The position numbers were made by a program, and so were the translations under genes. A stretch of DNA of 63,986 bases, filler included, from Sanchytrium tribonematis (lineage: Eukaryota): assembly GCA_018985235.1 (NCBI GenBank). It is 9 parts of 9 records of this genome, joined end to end, with 100 filler letters (N's around TTAATTAATTAA, not from the genome) between each part and the next. Parts side by side here need not be neighbours in the genome. Positions count along the whole stretch, not along the records: positions 7,331 to 14,555 come from JADGIG010000454.1; positions 14,656 to 21,876 come from JADGIG010000455.1; 7 more parts are not named here. One strand, given 5' to 3'. Shown one piece after another: positions 11,260-20,824 of the stretch; position 1 is the first letter of the stretch, and each line of letters opens with the position of its first letter. The notes beneath the pieces are model-generated. The model made no database searches and was not told the DNA's origin. It saw only the letters and a list, made by a program, of their open reading frames with translations.

Positions 11260-12273
11260 TCACGTGAATTTTTTAAAACAATATCCATTGCAACAGGATC
11301 GATATTCTACTAAAATGGGACATTTCTTGCCATTTAAAGTGGGTTTTATAGTAATATGGCGGGTTCTAGATTGTTTGTGATGGGTACATTGACTCCAATT
11401 GGACCATGAAGATACTTTACAATCTATTGGCTTCACAGGTGGCTTACTAGGTGGCTTACTAGGTGGTTTCACAGGTGCTTTACATGTCTCAAATTGTTCT
11501 AATGGACCACATGCATCTACTTTACCAATAGGTGCTTTAATAATTTGTCTGCGTCTAAATCGTTGTTGATTTAAACAATTGGACCATGAACCCCATTCAC
11601 TCAATTCACATTCATGACATGGCTGTTCTTTCTTTAATTCATTACATACGCTACCATCTCCAATGGGCTGTTGAATGATTTGGCGTGTGGCAAATTGGCG
11701 ATGATTGGCGCATTTAGACCAATCAGAATATTCGCCAACTTGACAATTTCGATTCACTTGATTCAATTCACAACATTCTAAATGATGTCGTCTACAGCCT
11801 CTACCTGTACAATCAATACCACGCGCAACATGACCCAATGGACACTTTTGAAATGTCGTGTCTTTATTAATTTCCTCTGTCCAAAAACACTTGCCAATAG
11901 ACGGGGATCCATTTGGACTTGATAATTTATCACAATACACGCCAAATTGATGACAATCCCATCCCTGACATTTCACACCAGTCACAATTCGATCTTGTTC
12001 ACATGAAATACGCTTTTTACATTGAAATATTGAGAATTTAGGGCAATTCATTTCATGATACGTGATGGTACCTTGTTTTTGATAAGCAATGGTGGATTCT
12101 GTGTCATCTACCATGCGTTGACATGCAATTTGGTATGATTTACAATCATCTTGACACACCAATGCTTTGAATAAATGTTCTGATTCGCACATTGCAATGG
12201 GTTTTGTATTTAATAAATCATCCATATCAGATTCATACGCTAATTTGGCAAACAAAACATTTAATATCAACAT
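11260..12273 (-). CDS. Secreted Cys-rich protein with three spondin-type thrombospondin-1 repeats
   Basis: Three CxxxxW/YxxWSxC...RxRxI...PxxxxxxC...C units, a KPPS/KPPV linker and an N-terminal Cys-rich region. Confidence 0.8.
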   Translation of the reverse strand: MLILNVLFAKLAYESDMDDLLNTKPIAMCESEHLFKALVCQDDCKSYQIACQRMVDDTESTIAYQKQGTITYHEMNCPKFSIFQCKKRISCEQDRIVTGVKCQGWDCHQFGVYCDKLSSPNGSPSIGKCFWTEEINKDTTFQKCPLGHVARGIDCTGRGCRRHHLECCELNQVNRNCQVGEYSDWSKCANHRQFATRQIIQQPIGDGSVCNELKKEQPCHECELSEWGSWSNCLNQQRFRRRQIIKAPIGKVDACGPLEQFETCKAPVKPPSKPPSKPPVKPIDCKVSSWSNWSQCTHHKQSRTRHITIKPTLNGKKCPILVEYRSCCNGYCFKKFT

Positions 12274-12402
12274 ATTTAGATATCTATTGAGGACCTATTT
12301 AAATAAAACAATGACGTGATGTATGGCAAAATGGACCAATTGAATCACATTTTAATGAAATGGCAAATGAAATTGGCAATCTAATGGCAAATGCAACTTG
12401 AT

Positions 12403-12495
12403 TTATTCAATTCTATTTAGAGGTTCCAACATTTCTATATCCATGATAATATCCTCTAATGCTTGATGGAATGGATAGACAGTCATACAATTCAT
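12403..12495 (-). CDS. 30-aa micropeptide (paralogue of 12684-12809)
   Basis: MNCMTVYPFHQALEDIIMDIEMLEPLNRIE*; stop inside AATAAA; CCAATCA about 50 nt upstream. Confidence 0.55.
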   Translation of the reverse strand: MNCMTVYPFHQALEDIIMDIEMLEPLNRIE

Positions 12496-12683
12496 GATAT
12501 CAATAGAGATGGGATCTATTTATTAGTTTGTACGAATGATTGATTGGTGTGATGCAAGGATGCAAACTCATTGATTGCCTTGTAGCGTGATTAATTGCTT
12601 GAACTCTGTCAATTGAAATGGAGTAAAACGAAAGCATTCACACGTCGGACAAATGTCTCTTAAAGATCCCAATCTCATTTATT

Positions 12684-12809
12684 TCAAAACATGTTGTATT
12701 TTGTGCTTTTACTTCTCTTCATCTCTTTTTGTTCTTTATTCAACATTTTAATATCCCATATCATTTCATTTAATATTTGATGTACTGGATATCCCATAAT
12801 CTCACTCAT
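12684..12809 (-). CDS. 41-aa micropeptide (paralogue of 12403-12495)
   Basis: MSEIMGYPVHQILNEMIWDIKMLNKEQKEMKRSKSTKYNMF*; AATAAA follows the stop; CCAATCA about 60 nt upstream. Confidence 0.55.
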   Translation of the reverse strand: MSEIMGYPVHQILNEMIWDIKMLNKEQKEMKRSKSTKYNMF

Positions 12810-12909
12810 TTGATCATCAAATCACTCTGCTTCTATTTGTAATAAATGCGGATCCTTGGAATTGATTTGATTGGTTTTAAAGCTCTGTAAAATCTAAAAC
12901 ACAGACACA

Positions 12910-13696
12910 TTACTCCAATGGGATGCATCTAAATTCCAATGTTGTTCTTTCTGTTGGATCATCATTAAGTTTTATGGCCCCATGTGCTATTTGAGATGAT
13001 TTGAAAAATAAGACACTTCCTGATGGCATATCCTTGTAATAATACGCATTATATGCACCACCAGCAAGTAATCTATGATCATTTTGAACAGGTTCACTCA
13101 GTTGCTTCTTATTGTTCAAAATGAAACCCAGAGGGTAGTTTTTAACTGGATGATGGCTTAAATTGATCCATACATTAAATAATTGATTTTTAGCAAATGC
13201 TGCTTCATAATTATGCTTTTCATCATCAAATCCATGTCTACGATACTGGCGATCTATTACTCTCATATCTGTATGGAAGAAAATAGTGGCTTTTTTTGAT
13301 TTGGGTCTATATTTCGCATCCATACACTTCACTTTTATTTTAAATAATGTTTTGTACCATATATCTGCCATAATATATAATTTTGTGTCTGTGGCAAGAA
13401 GTTGATAGTCATGCAAACGGTGCCTATCTTTTATTGTAAATGATATCTGAATTTTCAAGATTTGATTTAATCTCTGATACTTGTGAATCACTTAATAAGC
13501 CGATTCTTGCCTCTACATCATGTTTCTGCAATGTTAACGCATTCATTTCGCATTGAAATAGTTGTAAATGGTATTGTATTTTTTGTTTATCGTATGACCT
13601 GTTATATTCGTGAGTTAATTGATCAGTCTTTACACATTTGGATGGTTCTTTGTGTGGTAAAAACGATAAAAAAGCAGCAAATGATCCAAATTTCAT
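12910..13696 (-). CDS. CmcJ/NvfI/AsaB-like putative oxygenase with one apparent frameshift
   Basis: FFHTD, FNVWINL..PVKNYPLG, YYYKDMP..VLFFK, HGAI, RTTLEFR. ORFs 13424-13696 and 12910-13491 join if one A is removed from AATAAAAGAT (~13430). Confidence 0.6.
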
Positions 13697-13795
13697 TTGT
13701 TTTGAAAGGGGTCATTTTGTGCTGCTAAATGTCTAGAAATAGCCAATCAGTTACATTTGTTGTGAAAATTTATTCGTCAATAGACTGACAAAACT

Positions 13796-14455
13796 ATGAT
13801 TCATCTACACAACTCACATCTTTTGAGCTCAAGGCACGCCAACCTTCTCCCTAAAACAAATAATCAATCCATGAAATTCTATCAAGGCAATTGGAATATT
13901 TATCTCATTATTGCATCTATCATATCACTGGCATTTGTACTCGTATTAGGGACTATAAAATGGATAGGATATACTGATATTAAACCATCTAGTGGAATCC
14001 ATTTCATAGCAGTCACGATTACAGTAATTTGCTGCATTTGGAATTTATTACATACACCAAGTCATGGTCCGACATATAAACAAATACATAGATATGTAGG
14101 AAGATGTGCCATGATATTTGGATATATTGGGGCAATTTCTGGATTTATAGTGGTATGGCATGATAAATATGGTCAATTAGATAGTGGATTCTCTATAGGG
14201 ATAAGTATTGGTGGCGCATTACAATTAATTTCACAGACGATGGGCTATATAGCCATTAAACGGAATAAAATTAAGCAGCATTCTAGATGGATGATTTTCT
14301 TCTTTTTTGGAGGATGCTTGATACCGGCATTTATGAGACTAGATCAGATGGTAAATAGTCATTTTGGAGCATCATGGCCTATGTATTGTTGGATATTCCC
14401 ATTAATATTGGGTGGATTGGCTGTTAGAGCATTTCAGAATAAATCATTTTATTGA
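13796..14455 (+). CDS. Multi-pass membrane protein, DUF2306-like
   Basis: About six hydrophobic segments; HRYVGR and AIKRNKIKQHSRWM motifs. Confidence 0.6.
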   Translation: MIHLHNSHLLSSRHANLLPKTNNQSMKFYQGNWNIYLIIASIISLAFVLVLGTIKWIGYTDIKPSSGIHFIAVTITVICCIWNLLHTPSHGPTYKQIHRYVGRCAMIFGYIGAISGFIVVWHDKYGQLDSGFSIGISIGGALQLISQTMGYIAIKRNKIKQHSRWMIFFFFGGCLIPAFMRLDQMVNSHFGASWPMYCWIFPLILGGLAVRAFQNKSFY

Positions 14456-14555
14456 CAATTTTATTGATTTATGCCACAAATACTTCTGATTTACGACCAA
14501 CATACCAATTTTTAATCTTTTTAGATGCTTTAACATGCTTATAAAATACGATAGT

Positions 14556-14655
14556 NNNNNNNNNNNNNNNNNNNNNNNNNNNNNNNNNNNNNNNNNNNNT
14601 TAATTAATTAANNNNNNNNNNNNNNNNNNNNNNNNNNNNNNNNNNNNNNNNNNNN
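14556..14655. other. Artificial contig spacer
   Basis: N44-TTAATTAATTAA-N44. Confidence 0.97.
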
Positions 14656-14706
14656 AGATTTGCCATTACGGGTATTTCCAATGGCGTGCAAATTCTTAAA
14701 AAAAGG

Positions 14707-16062
14707 TCATTCACCCAAACCTTTTAATTGTCTGCAAATTTCCTTAAGTAAGCCGGTTGACTCTCCAGGATTGCCTTCATCATCCACTAATTCAACCAGA
14801 CCAACAACATCTGGCAATTTTAATTTAGATGCAATTTGTTGCACAATATCACGGACTTGTTTTTCTTTGCTTAATTCTAGATTCAAAACATTGTAGCTGG
14901 CAACCCGAAATCCTTGCTTCAGTTTTTCAAGACTTTCTTGCCTATAATCAGAAGATCTTTTCAATGAAACAGAACCATCGACATAAAGGCCATATGAACC
15001 TCGCTCGTAAATGATAGTTCCGTAGATATCCTTTAGTTCATCACCTACACTAAATTTACCTAAACTACCCCGTTTTGTTCCTTTTCTGTAAACTTGGATT
15101 TGTTCCGGCTGAACATCAAATAAACCATTATCCTGCTTGACTATAGTCAAGGATCCTTGAGAATTGATATTTGTAGCCATACCTTTGCCGTAGACGTGAA
15201 TGCCATCATATTTAAATGCTTGACTCACCACTGGGTTTTCTAGTCTGACGTACATTCCTTCCAAAGATTCCCAGTAGTCCATTCCTTTTCTAAGTTCGAG
15301 GAGAATAGGCATTTGGGTTTGATAAATGTTGATTTGCTGTTGTGCATTTGTGAATGGATCTGCAACATAAGCAACATCTTTAGGCATACTTTCAGTAAAT
15401 GCATTTGTGATCATGATCTTACTTTTATCATTTCCCAATACATTAAACTGATGCATATTGACAATAGTCATTGTAAGTCCTGATCGTTCTGAATCAAAAT
15501 AGTGGGCAATATACTTTTCAAATACATAACCTTGGACTCGAACAAGGTCTCCTTTGCGCACCACAGCTGTGGGTGCATTTATAAAGATACCTGCAGACAT
15601 TCCTCTAACCTGATGTAGGTTACTATAAGATGAAGGATCTGCTTGGATAAAAAATCCCTTCCAATTGGCCAACTTTGTGACTTGAGAAACATAGCCATCA
15701 ACTTGGACAAATTGATCTTGGTTTCGATAAAATGGAGACTTGTGTGTAATTCCTTGTAGCTCCATGATACTGCGAGCTTGGTATTTACCACCATCGGTCA
15801 GCCTTGGTTGTTTTGGAGCAGGCTGCACCTCCTCGTCTCCAGATTCTCCCTCGCTCAATGCAGCTATTGTCCTCTTCTTCCCAGACAACTTAGCTGGCTT
15901 AGTCTCTTCGTCTCCAGATTCTGATTCACTCAATAAGACTCTTGCTCGTTTCTTACCAGACGACCGACCTGGTCTAACCGATTGACTTGATTCTAAAGGA
16001 TCGTAATCAGAGTCGGATGACAGATCTATGACTGCAAATAACAACAATGCAACAAACAACAT
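14707..16062 (-). CDS. Secreted bacterial-type nuclease homologue: OB folds plus the start of an endonuclease/exonuclease/phosphatase (EEP) domain; C-terminally truncated
   Basis: IMELQG..HKSP, GFFIQ, SAGIFI, GDLVRVQGYVFE, YWESLEGMYV, VASYNVLNL, PDVVGLVE. The ORF stops about 50 nt before the contig end, before the EEP domain is complete. Confidence 0.75.
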   Translation of the reverse strand: MLFVALLLFAVIDLSSDSDYDPLESSQSVRPGRSSGKKRARVLLSESESGDEETKPAKLSGKKRTIAALSEGESGDEEVQPAPKQPRLTDGGKYQARSIMELQGITHKSPFYRNQDQFVQVDGYVSQVTKLANWKGFFIQADPSSYSNLHQVRGMSAGIFINAPTAVVRKGDLVRVQGYVFEKYIAHYFDSERSGLTMTIVNMHQFNVLGNDKSKIMITNAFTESMPKDVAYVADPFTNAQQQINIYQTQMPILLELRKGMDYWESLEGMYVRLENPVVSQAFKYDGIHVYGKGMATNINSQGSLTIVKQDNGLFDVQPEQIQVYRKGTKRGSLGKFSVGDELKDIYGTIIYERGSYGLYVDGSVSLKRSSDYRQESLEKLKQGFRVASYNVLNLELSKEKQVRDIVQQIASKLKLPDVVGLVELVDDEGNPGESTGLLKEICRQLKGLGE

Positions 16063-16876
16063 TTTTTAAAATACTAATCAGAGAGTCATTTTATACTCTG
16101 TATTCGTAATGGGTATCCAATGGGCAAAGAAATGATTATCCACGTGAATTATATTCTGACGAAAAGTGGTAACATTAACACATCTGAGATTCTCAAACTC
16201 ATTTGATTTGCTGGATAAAAAATATTGGTTGTATTATGGTGTGCTATGACATCAATGGTGTGATTCAGATGGCTGAAAGATGATCATTGAATTTCAGCAT
16301 CATTGGGAACACGCTCTGTGAATGTTTTGAAAACGAACGCCTTTAAATTTAAAACTTGTCAAGAAATTTTCAAGCCAGTGTACCCGTTCATACAGAGATT
16401 TACAACGTGAAAACTAGACTAGGGTGATTTCAAGTCAATTAAGTAGACGATATAATTTTAATCAAGCAAATGATTTCAAGTTGTTTTACTAGAAAAATAA
16501 CGTTGAAGTCTTGTCTTTTGTTGAGATCCCTTGGCAAGTACTTTTCTACCATCTGCTTTAAGGTTTACGTTGAAACAAAAGAGTTTCAATCACTGTAGTG
16601 TCACTTTCTAATAGTTTATATTGATTTCATTGGTACAGATATAATCACTCACCACTAATCGAGTCGTTTCAGAGTGTTGTAAATACTTTCATTCTTCTTT
16701 TCCAACAAGAAGATCTCTGCACAATGATAATAAATGATTCGTGAAGCATTGATTTTATTTCAAGTTCTAGACAAGATCCAAAGTTGTTCTCCCTTAAAAG
16801 CATTTCTTTCAAGTCAGTTTTAAGTAGGGATTCAAAAATTGAAAAAAGTGTATAAGAACTAAAAGACAAAGAGACA

Positions 16877-18703
16877 TTGATACTAAAGGCTTTTAATATT
16901 GAAAATCTTATTGAATTAGAATGGATCAAAGAAGGAATTGAGTTGAAAATTGAAAATATCGGATTTAAGCAATTAAGAGACGTTCTAATGGATGCTTGTC
17001 ATTCTGCATCAAAAGGAGATATTACTTATGATACTTCTAGATATGAGTTGATTTACCCAGATTTGATGCCATCTTGTTTTGTCAAGATAGATAATATCAA
17101 GGATTACTGTGTAGGTTTCAAGACCATCAAGTTATACAAGGGTGCAATTAATAGCTCTATCCATCTCAAATGCCACATATGCTCACCTGAGAACCTTACA
17201 GCTTTACGTTCTGCTGTAAAAGACAAAGGCCACATTGTGAATGCAAAAATTGTTCAAGCACACTCTCATTTTGGTGAATCCAATATTTCGTTCCCAAGAT
17301 TGCCACACATCAACGTAAATGAGACATCGACTTTAGTAGAGGGTCTTCATTATGCAGATTTTTCAGATCCTGATTTATATTTGAAGTACGTGCAAGAATT
17401 GGCTGAATCATTTGTAAAAGAGTTAAACAAGAGTTCTTTACATCTAATCCGTTTAAATGTGGAGAGATTCTACGATTCGATTTATACACATGCATGGACT
17501 TGGCTAACCACGAGCAAAGTTTTTCAAAATTTTTTAAAAAAAGAACGGCCAAATTTATTTGAGCAATCTTTTGCCGCCCTAAAAGCAGGAGTAAACTACG
17601 GAATTGTGTGTGGACCAATGGTTACCCATGACTTAGCAGAAGATTTTCTTGTTTTTATTACCAAGGAGATTCTTTCCAGCTTTAAATTGGTCGAACCTTT
17701 ACAAGAGATCAAAATAATTAGAAGACTAGACACATTTAATATACAGACTTCTTGTGATGCCTCAATTGTACGCAATGTAGTAGAAGATGTATTGGATGAG
17801 TTCAATTTAAGTCTTCGTCGACAAAGAAACGCACCAGATAACAAGGTCCAATTGAAGGAATACTTGAACTGTAGTGAGATCGAGAAATACAGTCCTGGAT
17901 TTATTGACGAATATGATTCTGATCTTGTGGCCTTATTAATGTACAAGAAAGCCAGAGAATCCAACTACAACAAAGAGGATGTTGAATTTGTTGTAGATAT
18001 CATAGCGAGGGTGGCTGAAATCATCCCGATTGTATGCGAAATACTAGTTGATGATTATCAATCCTTTAAATATGCCAAAGTTCGTCCAAATATGGATTTG
18101 CTATTATTAAGGCTGTTACAACGATATATCCAGATTGATTGTAATTCATTGCAGTATATGCATCTAATATGGGCAGCAATGTGTTGTGACATTCATAAAG
18201 ACGACAAATTGTTTAAAAAATCGCCGAATAAGATGCCAAGTCTTCTACTGCATGATATAATGACTAAAACAAGAAACGAGAAGATAACTGATATATCTAC
18301 ACTAGACTTGATGTATAAGAAGGATCTGAATGAGTTTTATACTAGCCAATTATGTAATATTATGCTTCACTCATTAAAGCTGCATAGATTGTTAAAAGTA
18401 GCTGTTATTGGAAGTAAAAACGCTGAATTGTTTGCAGATCACTTTCAAAAAGCAGCCAAATGTACAGTTGATGTATTGGAAGCATCAAGAGATATTAAAA
18501 AGTATGATTATGTGATTAAACAAACAGATGGTGCATCATTTACCAGAAATAAAGATGGAATCTTTGTTGACTTTAATAAATGGAAAGAGGCTGTGGAATT
18601 GAAGACATTTCAAGAGTTTATAAAAGAGCTACGAGGTACTTGTTATCGAGGAATCTTATGCAAATGGCAAATCAGCAATACATCCCATCCATCCGCTGTT
18701 TAG
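16877..18703 (+). CDS. Abi/DRT-type (SIYTH class) reverse-transcriptase-like protein with altered catalytic motifs; first ATG at 16988
   Basis: LNVERFYDSIYTHAWTW, YGIVCGPMVTHDLAEDFL, RRLDTF at the YxDD position, then a helical region containing YMHLIWAA. Confidence 0.72.
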   Translation: MILKAFNIENLIELEWIKEGIELKIENIGFKQLRDVLMDACHSASKGDITYDTSRYELIYPDLMPSCFVKIDNIKDYCVGFKTIKLYKGAINSSIHLKCHICSPENLTALRSAVKDKGHIVNAKIVQAHSHFGESNISFPRLPHINVNETSTLVEGLHYADFSDPDLYLKYVQELAESFVKELNKSSLHLIRLNVERFYDSIYTHAWTWLTTSKVFQNFLKKERPNLFEQSFAALKAGVNYGIVCGPMVTHDLAEDFLVFITKEILSSFKLVEPLQEIKIIRRLDTFNIQTSCDASIVRNVVEDVLDEFNLSLRRQRNAPDNKVQLKEYLNCSEIEKYSPGFIDEYDSDLVALLMYKKARESNYNKEDVEFVVDIIARVAEIIPIVCEILVDDYQSFKYAKVRPNMDLLLLRLLQRYIQIDCNSLQYMHLIWAAMCCDIHKDDKLFKKSPNKMPSLLLHDIMTKTRNEKITDISTLDLMYKKDLNEFYTSQLCNIMLHSLKLHRLLKVAVIGSKNAELFADHFQKAAKCTVDVLEASRDIKKYDYVIKQTDGASFTRNKDGIFVDFNKWKEAVELKTFQEFIKELRGTCYRGILCKWQISNTSHPSAV

Positions 18704-18763
18704 ATTTTGACTATTAGACATCAAGTTTGGTGAGAAAGGATTTTTACTCAGGACACGATTTTA

Positions 18764-20449
18764 TTAAATTTCAACAATTTCAATTTCCTTCTGCAGTTTT
18801 ATACTTGACTTCAGCTCTTCAAAGTTATTGTTGGTTTTTGTGCCTTTGATATTATAGAAATAATAGTTTTTTGGATCTTCTTTCGTTGGTGGTTTGCTAA
18901 AAGCATCTGTTACATCTCGATTACTTACAATAATCACTAAGGAACTGTGATTTTTTTTCAAATGTTCAATAGCCACCCTTTTAGCATCATTTAATTTCTC
19001 ATGCCAAACCAAACGACATTTCAAATTTTCAAATAAAGCATATTTCTGATTCATATCCATATCCAAATCTGTAAACACATGTACCTCACACATCATTGTC
19101 AAATCACTGTTTTTAATCAATTGCGTAGAAACATACTCAATTTCCTTAGTACTAGCTACTTTCATTTCAATCTTAATGATATTTTGTTTTCTCTTTGCAT
19201 ATAATTGTCTTGTATATTCAGATAACTGAAATATGGCTTTTTTATCAAACATTTTCGTATCAATATCCATGATAGTACACATCCAACAAATAGATAAATA
19301 CTGGATACTTTGAGAACTTGCTTTTGTAAATGCTTTGGCTAATGCTTTACCAAATGCAATGCAATCAGATCCTGCACAATAATCAGTTAATAAACCTGAT
19401 ATAATTTGTGGCAATATTTCACAAGATTGAAGAATATGTTGGACCATTATTTGAATAGAATGATTGTCATAAGATTTCCTATAAATTTGAAACTGTGCTA
19501 GTTTGATCAAATGAGCATCAAATGATTTTAAATATTGTTTTGTCGTGATATTCTCTAATTTCTTATCATAATCTGAAATAAATTCAAGACAACTTGGATT
19601 TACATCTTTAATTTTACCATGATTGATCATTAATCTATACTCATTCAATACAACATCTAAAGTTTCTAAAATATCATCTTTTTCAACAGAATCAGGATAC
19701 ATGATTACGATATTATCCATCATTCGACATATTTCTATTGACTGACCATGATTTTCTGGATCACAATGGTTTTGTCGTAATGCATTTAATAGGGGTCCAT
19801 CCATCAATTCAAAGAATAATTCAGCAATATCATGAGTGACTAGGGCGCCACAGGATAATCCATATGTCTCATTTCCTTTAAGTTGCCTTATATGCTTCTC
19901 AAATCCATCTAAAAGTCGTTCTTTTTGTAAATCTTTTCCACTTAATGTCCAAATAATAGCATGCGTATAAACAGACGGATAAAACGATTTGATATTGACG
20001 TATAATCTTTTACAAGATTTCTCACAATCTGGTTCCAAGTAAATTCCAGATCGGATGCCTTTTAACATAATTATTAGATTTTCTAAATATTTTGGAGAAG
20101 AAGCATCCATTGGAGTCATTGATTTTAACAATTTAGAATATTGAGCGTCTGCAACATAGTGTTCTGGTATTCTTGGAAACCTTTCTATTTGTGGGATTTT
20201 TTTTAAATGTCGAGCAATCCTGTTGTAATGACTCTTGAATGAATTGATCAAGTTTTGTAAATTTTTTGGACTTAATATCGTGCAATATAAAAACTCATGA
20301 TCACTCCAATTATCTTTGAATAGCCTTATTGTCATAAAATCATCCATTTCATGCATGTCCTCTGTCAAATTTGGTTGAAACAAAGAAGGCATGCTATCTG
20401 GAAGACTTGAATCAAATTGTTGAACATTTTTTTGGCCATTACTAGTCAC
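18764..20449 (-). CDS. Second Abi/DRT-type reverse-transcriptase-like protein, a divergent paralogue convergent with the first; start uncertain
   Basis: VNIKSFYPSVYTHAIIW, GNETYGLSCGALVTHDIAELFFELMD, RMMDNI at the YxDD position, YLSICWMC in the helical region. Confidence 0.72.
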   Translation of the reverse strand: MTSNGQKNVQQFDSSLPDSMPSLFQPNLTEDMHEMDDFMTIRLFKDNWSDHEFLYCTILSPKNLQNLINSFKSHYNRIARHLKKIPQIERFPRIPEHYVADAQYSKLLKSMTPMDASSPKYLENLIIMLKGIRSGIYLEPDCEKSCKRLYVNIKSFYPSVYTHAIIWTLSGKDLQKERLLDGFEKHIRQLKGNETYGLSCGALVTHDIAELFFELMDGPLLNALRQNHCDPENHGQSIEICRMMDNIVIMYPDSVEKDDILETLDVVLNEYRLMINHGKIKDVNPSCLEFISDYDKKLENITTKQYLKSFDAHLIKLAQFQIYRKSYDNHSIQIMVQHILQSCEILPQIISGLLTDYCAGSDCIAFGKALAKAFTKASSQSIQYLSICWMCTIMDIDTKMFDKKAIFQLSEYTRQLYAKRKQNIIKIEMKVASTKEIEYVSTQLIKNSDLTMMCEVHVFTDLDMDMNQKYALFENLKCRLVWHEKLNDAKRVAIEHLKKNHSSLVIIVSNRDVTDAFSKPPTKEDPKNYYFYNIKGTKTNNNFEELKSSIKLQKEIEIVEI

Positions 20450-20824
20450 TCGACTTAAGAGAATATCTATACAAGATTCAATTCACTTTCTATTTTACTT
20501 ATAGCCTGAAGAATACCTTTTTTAGCAGAATCTAGGGCATTATCATAAGCAAAATCTTGTTTTGAAGTAAAGGCTTCGACATGTTTTATCTATTTTGGAG
20601 TTCAAATTAGAAATTTTCAAAGTCGCTCTAATTTAAGCCTTGTTGATAATATAGAAGTAATCAATTAATTTTGTTTGCAATTATCCCATTGGCAGCACTG
20701 AGTAATTAAAAGCGTGAAAACCCAAACTTTTAAAATGCAAAAAGGAAATTAAAGGAAATGCTTGGACCAATCAGGAAATTCTTCAAGCGGTTAAATCAAA
20801 ACATTGCACCAATCTCCAAATTGA

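Noticed and set aside
11430..11475. Short tandem repeat GGTGGCTTACTA and similar units (also 35600-35640 and 54100-54125)
   Set aside because: These are coding low-complexity linkers (KPPS, APEA, poly-E), not CRISPR or satellite arrays.
7619..13435. Euplotes-like programmed +1 frameshifting at TTT-TGA and AGA-TAG
   Set aside because: Only two such cases, both in accessory genes; other breaks go in the opposite direction and share no motif. Homopolymer indels are the simpler explanation.
16877..20449. RT-like pair as a retrotransposon, group II intron or bacterial contaminant
   Set aside because: There are no element domains or termini, the orientation is convergent rather than operon-like, the second gene's stop overlaps AATAAA, and a eukaryotic TPR-SET gene is on the same contig. 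Chimerism still needs a read-level check.
20468..20487. Possible 20-nt intron GTGAATTGAATCTTGTATAG extending the second RT-like gene upstream
   Set aside because: It joins frames, but the upstream frame has no ATG before a stop and the donor is GTG rather than the GTA seen in all supported introns. Left unannotated.
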